Below, in pieces: positions 42,969-64,000 of a stretch of 64,000 nt of DNA (position 1 is its first letter; the number at the start of each line of letters is the position of its first letter). A model generated the notes under the pieces. It made no database searches. It was not told the origin of the DNA and saw only the letters and a program-made list of their open reading frames with translations. The DNA is taken from contig NC_058370.1 of NCBI RefSeq assembly GCF_018350175.1, positions 15,066,001 to 15,130,000 of the forward strand, given 5' to 3'. The position numbers and the translations under genes are program-made. This stretch comes from Felis catus. Lineage: Eukaryota.

Positions 42969-44023
42969 CTAAGTTGAAGCCTGAGGCTGGACTGTAGTTC
43001 CCAGATCTTGTTCCGAAGATGGGCCTAGGGAGAGGAACACAAGTTTAAGGCAATAGTAGGGGCTTAGCTCTTCAACTGTGTATCCAGACAATATTGCTCA
43101 CTATGTAAGTATTGCTTATTACTGTGACAGTATTGCTTACTGTTCTGGGGGAGATACACAATAAACGTGTAAACAGATAAAGATATAACAAATAAGGAAG
43201 GTTACAAAGACCACAAAACTGGGTAACAGGTAGAGAGTAAGGTGGGGGAGGAAGGGATACTTTAGCTAAGGTGGCCAGGGAAGCTCTCTCCGGGTGGGGA
43301 GAGAGGATGACATTGGAGCTGAGACCAATTGGTAAGGTGGCCATAGGAAAATTCAGTTCCAAGAGATTGAAATGGGCGTGAAGGCTGGAGGTGCATGTGG
43401 CCTTTTTTTTTTTTTTCTTAAATAGCATTTTAAATATCTGTTTAGTGCTTTATATTTGCAAATTACTGCTGGCATCCATTCTTCCATTTGGTCCTGGTAT
43501 ATACAAGCGAACTGATTGCCCCCCAAATTGTATGATTCTGGGCAAGTCAGTGACACTCCCTCTGAGCCTCAACCCCTTGAACCACGAACAGGGGCTATCA
43601 AATGTGCTTGGCTTCTCCTGCCTCTCCATTAATCCCTCTATTAACTGCAGTACTCTGTTCAAATGTTTCCTCTATTTGGCCCCAAATCGGGTTACTGTCC
43701 CCATTCTACAGATAAGAAACTGAGGTTCAAAGAGGTTAAGTGACTTGCCCACCATTACTCTGTAAGTAGCCGGAAGCTGAGTCTTTGACTTCGGATCCTG
43801 ACTGCTTTCCACACAGTACCTGAGGTCCAAACACCAGAGAGGGGCCGCAGCCTCTGACCTCTCACCTCTAACCCGGGTGGGAGGATGTAGATGTCAGACG
43901 TTCCCATTCGGAGTCCGGCCGGAGCCGGAAGAGAAGTCAACCTCCCACCCCTTTGGGGGCTGTGTCACGGCTGACCGCGGTCATCAACTGCCTCACACCT
44001 CCACGCCTTCAGAAATCACTCAC

Positions 44024-44320
44024 CCACTGCCTGGCTCCGTCGCCATGTCTCCCTATTTGACCCTGCCTGACTCTGACTGACCTCTAGGCTCACCAACCGC
44101 GGCGCCAGCTTCGCCGTGACTCGGACCAATGGCCTCAAGAGTTCGCGGTCGATCTTTGGGGCATAGACCAATCGTAGCCTGGCGATTTGTGGGCGGGTGC
44201 TGTTCCTAGGGTTACGAGGGGCTCGGCTGGCGGTGACCAATGAAAGCCCGAAGATACTAGCATCCTGGCAAGCCTAAGCTCCGAGGCTGGAACTCCGGAG
44301 CCCCGCGTCTGGGGAGAAGA
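44024..44320 (-). promoter_or_regulatory. ZSWIM1: ZSWIM1 promoter / exon 1 with three CCAAT boxes
   Basis: CpG-rich; CCAAT at 44126, 44168 and 44237; YY1-like CGCCATGT at 44041. Confidence 0.7.
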
Positions 44321-44824
44321 CTCTGGAAGAGCCTGTTACTATGGAAACTCCTCAGAGGCCGAAAATGAAAAGGAAAATAAATTGCAGTGCTTTATGGATT
44401 TTTTTTTTTTTCTCTTTTCTGGCCAAATTCCAAAGCCCCGGGGATAGGAAAAGGTGCCTATGCAGTTGTACTGTATCTTCTGCCTAATGGGGAGATGGAG
44501 GCCCAGGTCTCAAATTCTGCCCTCTCCACCAGGGGTCAGGGGCCCAACCCTTAGAGTAGAGGAAATCCAGATCTCCTTGAGAGAGCTGAACCTTGGTGTT
44601 GCGCAGCCCCACCCCTTCCAGTGGTTTACAGAAGAAAGAGATCCAGAAAGGCGCTGTGACTTAAGATCCCGGTGCAAGCAAGAGGCAAGACCGACTGCTA
44701 ACTTTGACCTCGGTTCCCCTGAAGGTGGTATCTTGGACAGCTGGGTAGCTCCCCAGCTTTAGGTGGTTAAGATTACCAACCAGCAACAACAACAAAAGTC
44801 CATGCTGGTGCTTAAAACTGAAAC

Positions 44825-45015
44825 GGGGGCGTCCGGGTGGCTCAGTCAGTTAAGCCTCTGACTTTTGATTTCGGCTGGGGTCATAATCTCACGGTTTGTA
44901 AAATCAAGCCCTGCCTGGGACTCTGCGCTGACAGCGGGAAGACTGCTTAGGATTCTCTCTCTCCCATCCCCTGCTCTCTCTCAAAATAAGTAACTACACT
45001 TAAAAAAAAAAAAAA
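44825..45015 (+). mobile_element. CAN-SINE between the ZSWIM3 3' end and the ZSWIM1 promoter
   Basis: GGGGCGTCCGGGTGGCTCAGTCAGTTAAG...poly(A). Confidence 0.85.
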
Positions 45016-45407
45016 TGGAAGGAAATGTTCTGTTTGTATACATCTAGAGGGTAAATTGGGGATTCGAACAGGGCAACATTTATTTTTACAGGTGAGAAAC
45101 CTGGGGTCAAAGAAATTAGAAACTTGCCCACAGTCTGCCAGCAAGTTCAGGCTGTGGAGCCTAGCCCCCACCCCCCTCGTCTATGTGGCCTCCTCCTGCT
45201 AGAATTCTAGGCAGCCTGAAGTCAGTGTTGATGGCTTGGTTGGTAGCAAGATGAAGTCAGTGGTGGACTCCTAAGTCTTTGAATTTAAGGCATCAGATTC
45301 TGTTTGGCTCTACAACCCCCATTAGGTTCCTTCCCTGTTCAAGCAGCACACATTTTCCCTGCTTATTTGATTTTATTAAAAAAAAAAAAAAAAACCAAAA
45401 CCAAAAC

Positions 45408-45413
45408 TTTATT
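45408..45413 (-). terminator. ZSWIM3: ZSWIM3 polyadenylation signal (AATAAA)
   Basis: TTTATT on the plus strand ~460 nt past the stop, followed on the minus strand by a U-rich tract. Confidence 0.6.
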
Positions 45414-45871
45414 TAATATGAATAAAAATAAGTACAAATAACAGATTCTTTGTAAAGAGCAGCAACAGCTAAGGATCACCCTCCATCCCTTTGTCCCTGG
45501 AAACAGGTCCTTTTACCAGGTATATTTCGTCTCACCCTATCCTGGGGCAGGAATTCATCCCTCTGACAGGAGTAAGATCTCATCTCAGGAGTCAGGGCAG
45601 AAAGAGGGGTGGGTGACCTTTCAGCATGGAGATAACTTTGGCCTTGACAATGAACGAGGTTCCCGAGGAATGACAAAGGTAGGGCAGAAATGGGGTGGAT
45701 TCAGAGGACTGTCACATAGTGGGGTTCCTCTTCTCCCTGTTGTAACAATCTTCCTAGCCCTACCTAGGAAGACATTGGTTAAAATGCTGACCCCTGGCAT
45801 GGCCTGCCCACTTCGAGTTCTCAGACTTCCAAGGAGAGGGGCCTGTGGTCCAGTGCGCCAGTGCAAGTGCC

Positions 45872-54496
<8,625 letters not shown>

Positions 54497-54652
54497 NNNN
54501 NNNNNNNNNNNNNNNNNNNNNNNNNNNNNNNNNNNNNNNNNNNNNNNNNNNNNNNNNNNNNNNNNNNNNNNNNNNNNNNNNNNNNNNNNNNNNNNNNNNN
54601 NNNNNNNNNNNNNNNNNNNNNNNNNNNNNNNNNNNNNNNNNNNNNNNNNNNN
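54497..54652. other. Assembly gap covering most of ZSWIM3 coding exon 1
   Basis: 156 N bases. Confidence 1.
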
Positions 54653-55136
54653 CCAGGGGCTGGTCCCAAGACCAACACTAGGGGTCAGAGGTCACACTGG
54701 GAGGGCCCGTAGGCCGGCGTGTGTCCGGGATGCCTTAAGGGTGGGCCCCGGCGGAATGGCCTGTTACGGAGCTCAGGAGGAGCCCTAGGACTGAGAGGGC
54801 TACCAGGGGCCGGGGGCGTCTTTGCTATCTGACAGAGGGGAAATGACACTCAGCCCTTATTATCCAGTCCCGGGTTCCGCCCCCTCACGGCCACGCCCAA
54901 TCACACACGGGATTCCCGGACTGGCACTCCTTTTCTCCAGTCGCTAGAGGAAAAATCGACGCTCTCCCACGAAGACTGACAGGAACATTGGCCAATCATA
55001 ACTTGGATCCCGCTTTCTCAGGGCCCGCAGGGGGCTTCCGGTTGCTGGAACAAGCTGCCGGAAGAAGCTGCTCGTTCAATGCGGGTCTCCGCGTGTCTGC
55101 CCAGCGCTGCGTCCTGGCCGGCAGCGAGTGAACCCC
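54653..55136. promoter_or_regulatory. Bidirectional CpG promoter ZSWIM3/ACOT8
   Basis: Head-to-head genes ~500 bp apart. GC box, CCAAT at ~54897 and ~54992, ETS cores CTTCCGG / CCGGAAG at ~55035-55065. Confidence 0.8.
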
Positions 55137-58100
55137 ATGTCGTCCTCGCAGGCTCCAGACGACCAGCAGGGCGGCGGCGATCCCCCCGGGGACCTCCGCA
55201 GCGTCCTGGTTACCAGCGTGCTCAACCTCGAGCCGCTAGACGAGGATCTGTTCAGGTAGCCGGCCGCATCTGGCCTGCACTCCCCCATATTGGGACAGAG
55301 GCTTCTGATCTCGACTGCCGCCACCACGTTGCCCCCTCCTCATAGTCTCCCGGACGAGGATGGGCTCTGCGCGGGATGCAGGCTCTGCATCCTGCGGTTG
55401 GGAGAGAACTTACCCTGAGAGATCTGGCTTCGCTGCCCTAGCTTCCTCCTTCTCCGCACCGGGTCTGCGCAGCCCCATCCCTAGGAGGTCCTAGCAATCT
55501 GGGCAAATAAAGTGGTGGCCTGAGATAGCCTTCTCAGCAGCCTCCCTTGAGGAGTCATGTCCCTGGGGGAGCCAGCCCCCAAAGGGCGGGGACTTGTCCA
55601 AGTGCACGCAGCTGATCAGGTTTAAAACTTAGAAGCAGCTGCTTGCGTATTCGTTGTCCTTTTCCTCTTACACACCTTATCCCCTCCACCACTAGGTGGA
55701 GTCTAGTAGCTCATTACTCATTCTGAGGCCTGAGCCAGTTTCCTTCCCCATGCTATTTAAATTCTCTCTGTAGCTAGGGATTTAATAATTTTGGTCTTCA
55801 AGGCTTTTCAGAAGCCATCTTCGGGTGTTAGCTTCCCTTCCCGTTACTGAAGAATTACAAAAAACTTCCTGGAGAGCTACTTAGAGTGCGTGATATTAAA
55901 AAAAGTCTAACCTTGGGCTGGGCTGGGCTGGGCTGGGTGATGGGAAACTGGAATTTCACCTCTGGGGCCTCAGTTTCCTCCCCTGTGCATTGAAGGGCTT
56001 CGATTTGAAGTCTGAGGGCCCTTTGAGCTCTAAATCTAGTTCTTGGAAGAACTGGGCTGTCCCAAGTTGAGAGAGGTAAGTGGCAGGTCTCAGTGCAGTT
56101 TACCCCCAGCTCTTGGGGTTCATCTTCGCCCTCACACGACCTTGAGGGGGCTTCTGCCTTACCCTGGAATCAGCAGTGGAAGAAACACTGGACTTGGGGG
56201 GAAAAGACGCAGATAGTGCACAGGAATGGTAGCGTTTAAGTTGTGTGACCTTGCTCAAGTCACTTTCCCTCTCTGATCCCTGTTCTCTGTGTAAAATAAG
56301 GGCATTGGTTCCTTGTCCTTAACCGAAGCCCGGAAGGGTTGAGCAGTCTTGAAGACCCTGAAGTTGTACGCTGTGTGCAGAGTAAGGGAATTTGCTTGGG
56401 AGAAGGGTCCATGGCTCTCACTAGATTCTCAAAAGGATCCCAGACCCCAATAAGGCCGAGAGATCCTGCCCTATAGGCTCAGTGATGGTCGCAGGATTTG
56501 GTCTGGTCCCCAAGTATTTCCTGCTTTCCCCTCTCCCCACAGAGGAAGGCATTACTGGGTACCCACAACCCAGCGGCTGTTTGGGGGTCAGATCGTGGGC
56601 CAGGCCTTGGTGGCTGCAGCCAAGTCTGTGAGTGAAGACGTCCATGTGCACTCTTTGCATTGCTACTTTGTACGGGCAGGTAAACTCCCCCCCTCCTTAT
56701 CCCCAAGCCAACCCTGGTGGTCCATTAGCCACTTCTTCCTGGACTTGGGGGGCTGACCTAGGAGAAAGAGGGAAGGAGGGGGAGGGGGAGAGAGAGACTG
56801 TTAGTTGATTCCTCTCAGGGGAGCCTAGAGAGGAGCAAAGCCGGGGGCCAAGAAGAATGTTGGACCTCACATCTGCTGAGATCGCGGTGTACCTGTTTTC
56901 TGGGGCAGAATGACTTTGTTGCTTAACTGCTCCCTACAGGTCTTTTGTTCTTCCCTGTTTACACACCTTCTGGTGCCAAGTACTGTCCTGGATCCCCAGA
57001 GGGGTGCTGTCACCTCTGCTAGTTCAGCAGTAGGCAGCTTGGCTTGGAGAAGAGAGCACCAGCCTGCAAATCAGGAGACCTTGGGTCTGGTTTCAGCTTT
57101 GCCACTAACGTGCTCATCCATCTTGAGTGAGGTTACCACCGCCACCCTCACACCCCCACTCCCACCCCTCCTCTCTGCCAGGCTTGGTTCTTCCCACCTG
57201 AAAAATGGAGAAGGGGAGGGGCCTAGTATGAGATCCCTACAGCCGCTTACCGCTCTGGAATCGAAGGAAGGAGGGAGGGAGTAATCCTTTAAAACCCACG
57301 CTTTCTTTTGCGAAGCATAAACATCTCACCTTCCCTCCCTTTCCCTCACTCCTAAGGCAGATGCCTGAAATTTTGAGTCCCTGTCTTCTGCACAGTCTCA
57401 TCAGCTGTGACGAATTTATGGAACTTTATAATATATGATTTATTTTTTTTTAATTTTTTTTTCAACGTTTTTTATTTATTTTTGGGACAGAGAGAGACAG
57501 AGCATGAATGGGGGAGGGGCAGAGAGAGAGGGAGACACAGAATCAGAAGCAGGCTCCAGGCTCTGAGCCGTCAGCCCAGAGCCGACGCGGGGCTCGAACT
57601 CACTGACCGCAAGATCGTGACCTGGCTGAAGTCGGACGCTTAACCCACTGCGCCACCCAGGCGCCCCTGTAATATATGATTTATGTTAAAACAGTAGTGA
57701 GGTTTTCCCCTTCATGTTACAGATATAGTTATAACTTTTTTAAAGTTTATTTATTTTTGAGAAAGAGAGTGCGCAAGTGGGGTAGGGGCAGAGAGAGAGG
57801 GGGGAGAGAGAGAATCCCAAGCAGGCTCCACGCGGTCAGCGCAGAGCCCCATATGGGGCTCGAACTCAAGAACTGTGAGATCATGACCTGAGTCAAAATC
57901 AAGAGTCGGACGCTTAACCGCCTGAGCCACCCAAGCAGCCCTGCAGATATAGTTATAATAGTAAGTATCCCTTTTTGTCATTCTACGTTTCCCTGCTGCC
58001 GCTCACTCCTTATCCTTGTGCTGCCTGCCCCTCCCTGACAGTCATTGCTGTAGAGTATCTGAATACTTACTGTGGGGTCAGCCCTGTTCTCACCTTCATG

Positions 58101-61100
58101 CTAGCTGGGAGCAGACGTGCTCTTACTTCTTCAGTGTAATCGTAAGCTCCAGAAGTGCTACGCTTACGCTTTCGATATTGTAACCCTTCCAGCCCAGTGC
58201 GACAGTTTTATTTTGTTTTGTGGCAGTGGGAGCGTTACCTGATCCCTCTGAACGGGCCTCTTTCTCTTGTTTCTAAAGAATTTTTGGTCTTTGTGAGTCA
58301 GTAAAGTATCCAGTGCAGGGCCTGGACTGTTGCTGGTTCTTTTTTGATGAGGAACTTATGGGAATAACTAAAATTTGCATGATACAGTGCATAGCTATGT
58401 CCATTACCTTGTTTAGTCCTTAAAAGTAAACACGAGGGGTGGGCATTCCTGGCACCATTCCACCTGTAAGGAAACGGGGACCAGAAGAGGTTATGTAACC
58501 AGCTCCCACAGTGCTCAGGGAGGCAGAGCTGGGATTTAAATCCAAGCTCCACACTCTTTCCTCTGCCTTTGCTTTTCTCTTTCACTCTTGGGAGATCATT
58601 CCAAACCATGAGAGAGCTACCAGGTGCTGGGGAAAGGATCCTTTTCCTTGGAAAGTCTCCATCCAGGGAAAGCATGAAGTGAGACATGCCCATGCTACTG
58701 TTTTAAAATAATCATCAATTATTTGTGTCCCTACCTGCTTCTTGAGAGGCTGCAAAACAGCTTAAAATAATTGGTAGTGGGGTGCCTGGGTGGCTCAGTC
58801 ACTTAAGTGACCATCAGTGCACAGCCTGCTTGGGATTCTCTTTCTCTCCCTCTCTCTCTGCTCCTACCCTGCTCTCTGTCTCTCTCTCTGTCTCTGTCTC
58901 TCTCAAATAAATAAATAAACATTTTAAAAGAAAAAAACGGGGGCGCCTGGGTGGCTCAGTCGGTTAAGTGTCTGACTTCGGCTCAGGTCATGATCTCGCG
59001 GTCTGTGAGTTCGAGCCCCACTCGGGCTCTGTGCTGACAACTCGGAGCCTGGAGCCTGCTTCAGATTCTATGTCTCCCTCTCTGCCTCTCCCCCACTCGC
59101 ACTCTGTCTCTCTCTCAAAAAAATAAACATTAAAAAAAAAAAAGAAATAATCGGCAGCTATTACAGGACTATTGAAATAGAAGTCAAGGGACAGGAGGCT
59201 AGTAACAGGATTTGGAAGAAATGATTGTGTTAAAAAAACCTAAGCTAAGGCATATTGTGGTTCGTTCTGAGCTTCCTGGCAGCAAGGAAAAATGGGAAGC
59301 TCTCTTACTAGTTTGTGATGTGACCTCTTACTGGTTCCAGTAATGATGGTTCCATATTTTTAACTTCTTTCTTTTTTTTTTTTTAAGTGAGCTTCAGGCC
59401 CAGCACAGAGCTCAGTGGGGGGCTTGAACGCATGATCCTGAGATCAAGGACTGAGCTGAGATCAAGAGTCAGACACTTAAAACGACTGAGCCACCTAGGT
59501 GCCCCTCAATATTTTTAAATAAAAGATGCTGGGGTGGGGGTATTGTCCTTGGCTATTTATCATATCAATTCTTTGTCTGAAAAACCGGGAAAGGGGCACC
59601 TGGGTGGCTCTGTTAAGCGGCTGACTCAGGTCACGATCTCACGGCTTCAAGCCTCACATCGGGCTCTGTGCTTGACAACTCAAAACCTGGAGCCTGCCTC
59701 AGATTCTGTGTCGTCCCCCCCACCCCCTCCCTGCCCCTCCCCCGCTCGCTCGCTCTCTCAAAAGTAAACATTAAAAATATTTTTTAAAAACCCAGGAAAG
59801 AAACAGTTTAATTTTTTGTTTGATTTGTTTGATTTATTTTTTTAAGGATGCTCTAGAGAGGTATAAGAATGTAGTGTAGGAGTCATCTGACTTGGTATAG
59901 GTTTAGAGCTTGGTGAATCTAGAGTCCTCACACATTAATCTGTAAAGGACCAGATAAAAAATATTTTAGGTTTTGGGGCCCCTGGCTGGCTCAGTCTGCA
60001 GAGCATAGAACTCTGGATCTCAGGGTCTTGAGTTCAACAACCCATGTTGGGCGCGGAGCCTACTCGAAAAAAACATTTTAGGTTTTGTGGGCAAAAGCAA
60101 CAACAGACAATATGTAAACAAATGGGCTTGTCTGTATTCAAACAAATGTTAATGGCATCAGTTTCCTCATTTATTCAGTGGGGATAGAACTTTGCATAGT
60201 TATTGTGAGACCCACCTGACAAAACCCGCCTTAATTACTAATGCCACCTGGCACCCACCAGTCACTCCTGCAGCCAACAACCTGTTGACTCCCTTCCTTC
60301 AACACATTCCAGGGCCTACCTGCTCTGTTCCAGTAAAAATGTCCAAGAACTCATTGACACCAAAAGGTAAATCACTAGTAACTGAAAGTAGTACCTTTTA
60401 GCTGCAGCCTAAGGATAGGGTTAGGGCTTTTTTTTCTTTTTTTTTTCTTTTTTTAAGTTTGTTGGTAGGGAAAAGGGAAAGGAGGATTCCTTTCCAGCAC
60501 CTGAAGTCAGACTGCACATGTAGCTGTTTCCAGGATCTGGACTCTTGGGAGGCCCTTCCTAAAGGCCTTTGACCTTGAGGAGCCCCCACCCTTCGGCAAT
60601 GCCCAACAGCAGCCTGCTGAGCAGACCGGCCAGCTTCAGACGGTGATGTCTACCGCTGTTGAATGAGCCTCTGGTGCCTCGTTGGCTCCCCATTTGGATG
60701 ACGGTGGAGGAAGCGACACTTCCTGAGACCTTCTCCTTTCATCTGAAAATTGAAAATCATCCCCAGGACCTCTCACTGCCAAGGTGTCAGAGCTCTCCAA
60801 CATCGGCCTGACTCAGGCACTGAAGAACTTCAGGGACACCAAGGAGATGCTCCTAAAAATCCTCCAGACTAGCTTGTTGAGGGCTAATAGGCCTCGGGGC
60901 AGGGCCAGTGGCTTCCGCCCGACACTGGGGATGCAGACATCCAGAAGAGAAGGGCCAAGGGACTGCTATTTCCATCTAAGATGAAGTGACTGGCCGACAG
61001 TAGGCTTCTGAGGGACGAATAGTCAAACAGACAATGGCCAGACCATCTATAAAAATAGGATTCTGATCCCCAGTTGGCAGCAAGCAGCACAGGAAGCCAA

Positions 61101-62258
61101 CCTAGTGTCTACACATCAGACCTGTAGGAAGTCAGACCACCATCGCTAGCAACCGGCACAGGAAGCCAGACCATAGCCTCTAGAATGATCAGCCCCAAAC
61201 AGCCAAGACTTTATTATCAGAGATAACTTCCCTAGTTTTTGTCCCCACTTCCAACTTAGGACCAACCAGAGAAAGCCAAATATGCCCTGTTTCTAGTTCA
61301 CTCCCTACGGACTTCCTGTGCCGACAGCTTCCGATCGTGGCTTATGGTGTATCTTTTTTCACTATAATGCTTTCCCACTTCTCTGCCTGCCTTTGAGTTT
61401 CTGCCACACACAAGTGATGGTGGCTGACTCCCTTGCTATACTAAACTCTGAATAAATAGCTTCAGCTTGTTCTTAGAAAACAGAAAAGGCAGCAGGCCAG
61501 AGTTACTGACCTCTGATCTAGAAGAATAGTATTGGACTCATGACAAGATCCCAGTCACAGATGAAGCAAGACAAAAGTGGAGATTATTTAGTTTCTTTAA
61601 CAAACACTTATAGAGCACTTACTCTGTGCTGGATGTTCTAAACACTTTACAACTGTGGCTAATCTAATTATCATTAAAATACTGAGAGGGATTAGCACTG
61701 ATGATCCCTATGTAGAGAAGGGTAAAATGCTCAGAGAGGTTGAATGATTTTCTCAAGGCCACACAGTGAGTGGCAGGGCCAGGATTTGAATGCAGGGAAT
61801 CTGGCCATGCCCCTCTGTTCTGTGCTGTTGAGAGAGGGGAGCTCCACTTGTCCCAGGGTCTAGTATTGTCCCTGTATCCCCAGTACCTAGGCCGTAGCGG
61901 ACCTCAGTCAGTTGCTGCAGAACAGAAAAGGAATAAAGAACGAGTAGCAGAGGTGCCTGTCCAGCCATTGTGATGATGACTTGTCCCGTGGGGCTTACTT
62001 GGGCTCAACTGTATCCCTTGTGCCCACTGCAGGGGACCCAAAGGTGCCGGTACTGTACCAGGTGGAGCGGACGCGAACAGGGACGAGCTTCTCTGTGCGC
62101 TCCGTGAAGGCCGTGCAGCATGGCAAGCCCATCTTTATCTGCCAGGCCTCCTTCCAGCAGGCACAGCCCAGCCCCCTGCAGCACCAGTTCTCCATGCCCG
62201 CTGTGCCCCCACCGGAAGAGCTGCTTGACCATGAGGCCCTCATTGACCAGTATTTAAG
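55137..62258 (+). CDS. ACOT8: Acyl-CoA thioesterase 8 (peroxisomal, TesB-like hotdog fold); first three exons, continues past the window end
   Basis: Exons 55137-55255 (MSSSQAPDD...DLRSVLVTSVLNLEPLDEDLFR), 56543-56679 (GRHYWVPTTQRLFGGQIVGQALVAAAKSVSEDVHVHSLHCYFVRA), 62033-62258 (GDPKVPVLYQVERTRTGTSFSVRSVKAVQHGKPIFICQASFQ...YLR). Confidence 0.97.
57443..57942 (-). mobile_element. Two CAN-SINEs in ACOT8 intron 2 (left is a young SINEC_Fc-type), each with TSD
   Basis: TSD TAATATATGATTTA around ~57443-57667; TSD CAGATATAGTTATAA around ~57735-57942. Confidence 0.9.
58778..59770. mobile_element. Four CAN-SINEs in ACOT8 intron 2 (+,+,-,+)
   Basis: ~58778-58935, ~58939-59145, ~59365-59505 (-), ~59593-59770. 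Confidence 0.85.
61009..61475 (+). mobile_element. Solo LTR of an old endogenous retrovirus in ACOT8 intron 2
   Basis: Starts TGAGGG..., internal repeated CAGGAAGCCA(A/G)ACC / GGAAGTCAGACC units, TATAA at ~61363, AATAAA at 61451. Resembles MER54/MER74-type LTRs (recollection). Confidence 0.6.
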
Positions 62259-62347
62259 GTGAGAGACCTGGAGGCTCCGGGGCAACTGCTGCTGTCACCT
62301 GTTAGTGGGTCGTAGAGTCCATTTTAAAACTCTAGGGGAAAAAAACC

Positions 62348-62452
62348 CATATATGTGTATGTATGTGTGTATACATATACATATATATATATATATGTAT
62401 ATGTATACGTATATGTACGTGTGTATACATACATAGAGAGAGGGAGGGAGAG
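62348..62452. repeat. (TA)n/(TATG)n/(GA)n compound microsatellite
   Basis: Directly visible. Confidence 0.9.
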
Positions 62453-64000
62453 AGAAGGACCAGGAAAGAAGATATTGGAGCATATCGCATAGGGAGGGTA
62501 AGAACCCTTTTGTGAAGCTTTAGTTTCAGTTGTGTGTGTTGTGGAGTGTGCGAGTAGGTGTGCACGGGCAAGTGTGTTGGGTCACGATGTAAACACAGAG
62601 CTTAGTGATTCAGCCAGTTCAGGTACTGTTGCAGCTTTACTGATTGCGCAAATACTGAAATACTTCTGTAATTACTTGGTGCGTCCCTTCCCGGTCTCTG
62701 AGTGATCCCTCTCCTCCTCTGGGGTCACTCGTGATCCAGCAGCCCGGGAGTTCATGCCGGGCAGGGGTGACGGTCCCTGCTGCCTTTGCCTTCGTGGGTG
62801 CTAAATATTTTGAGTATCGCCTTGGTAAAATATATTTCTTACTTGGATCGTAGCTAATAAAGTTGGAAAAGTGCTGGGGCAGGGGAGAGAGCTCTGGGTC
62901 CCGACACAGGACAGACACAACGGATTCTGGCCGGGTCTGTGCCTTTGATAGCGCTCGCCTGCTGTGCAACTTTGCCTGACTCCCCAGCCTCTCAGAGCCC
63001 TGCTTCTTCATGTGGAAAATGGGAATGGTCATGTTTGTCCTGCCTACTTCACAGCTGTCTCATAAGGAGAGCTCCCGTGTCTTGTGCTGCACGCTGGGGA
63101 CATAGCACGGTATTGATGGGATGAATGTGGGTTTTATCTTTCGGTAAAGGCCTGGGTTCAAATTTAGACTCTTTCTGCTAGCTCTGTGAGTTTGCGCAAG
63201 TTGCTTTCCCACGCTGAGCCGGTGCCCACAGTTAGGAAATGTGCTAATCATAATTCCTCCCTCATAAAGCTGCTGTGAGGATTAAGTGAGGTAAGAGACA
63301 ATAAGGTACTCAGTGAATGCTCCATAAATTGTAGTCACACCACTACCGACAGAGAGGAATAAGCAGAGAGCCTGGTCTGCCGTCAGAGCTCAAAAACGTT
63401 TGCTGAAATAAAAGGAGGACGTTGTTCTTAAGGGTCCGTAAGTCTAGAGCTGTGCAGTCCAACAAGGAAGCCACTAGCCACATGTGGCTGGCGGCTTCTG
63501 TGGTGGAGAGTGCAGGTACAGAACATGCCATCGTCACAGGAGATCTGTGGGAGGGTGCCCTCGAGGGTGGGGTGAAAGTGGAAATACTGGTGAAGAGCAC
63601 CAGGGCTGGTTGTTACTGTCACTAGAAATGGGCTCCTCCCCTGTGGGGACACAGTGTTCCCACTTGCTTAGGGTAACTCAGTCCAAGTTGTACAGCCTGT
63701 TTTCTGAAAGTTGAGAATAGTGAAGTAGTTAAGAGCATGCGCCACACTGCCTGGGTCCGGACCCTGCCTCCTCCACTTGCTGAGCAAGCTACTTGGACTG
63801 TCGGGGGCTTAATGCATTTATCGGATCGGGGTGATAATAGCATTGTCTCACGGGGTCGTTGTGAAAAGTGGGCGTACGCAAAATGCTTACAACAGTGCCT
63901 GTTATGGGGTACACCTTGGTACTCCGGTAGCTACTGTCATTATCTACATTTTGCAGATGGGAAGATAGGCCCAGAGAGGTTACTAACTTGCCAAGGTCAC

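Noticed and set aside
42990-43006. ZNF143-like GGGAACTACAGTCC in the ZSWIM1 exon 2 leader
   Set aside because: Only a partial match to the consensus with no CpG-promoter context; insufficient support.
61080-61210. Repeated CAGGAAGCCA-ACC units with variable spacers (CRISPR-like look)
   Set aside because: Degenerate internal repeats of an LTR in a mammalian intron; no constant repeat length and no cas genes.

Overview
Mammalian genomic DNA, most likely a felid or feliform carnivore: it has dense tRNA-derived CAN-SINEs, including the young SINEC_Fc-type head GGGGCGCCTGGGTGGCGCAGTCGGTTAAGCG. The window holds a compact, conserved gene cluster in the order I recall for human 20q13.12: PCIF1 (-, 5' part only), PLTP (+, complete, 496 aa), CTSA (-, complete, 497/479 aa), NEURL2 (+, 285 aa), SPATA25 (+, 228 aa), ZSWIM1 (-, 456 aa), ZSWIM3 (-, exon 1 mostly in an N gap) and ACOT8 (+, first 3 exons). 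I walked all exons by hand with GT-AG boundaries and consistent phase. There are two bidirectional CpG promoters (CTSA/NEURL2, ZSWIM3/ACOT8), a convergent PLTP/CTSA 3' overlap and two assembly gaps. There are no prokaryotic systems, CRISPR arrays or RNA genes. The most interesting signals are: (1) the tandem ZSWIM3-ZSWIM1 pair, which looks like two domesticated Mutator/MULE transposases sharing the same loss of catalytic residues; (2) spliced uORFs in the ZSWIM1 and PCIF1 leaders; (3) a palindromic double CLEAR box at CTSA; (4) an intact LXR DR4 but a degenerate, MIR-embedded FXR IR-1 at PLTP; (5) a fused inverted SINE hairpin in PLTP intron 8. Most short ORFs in the supplied track are spurious.
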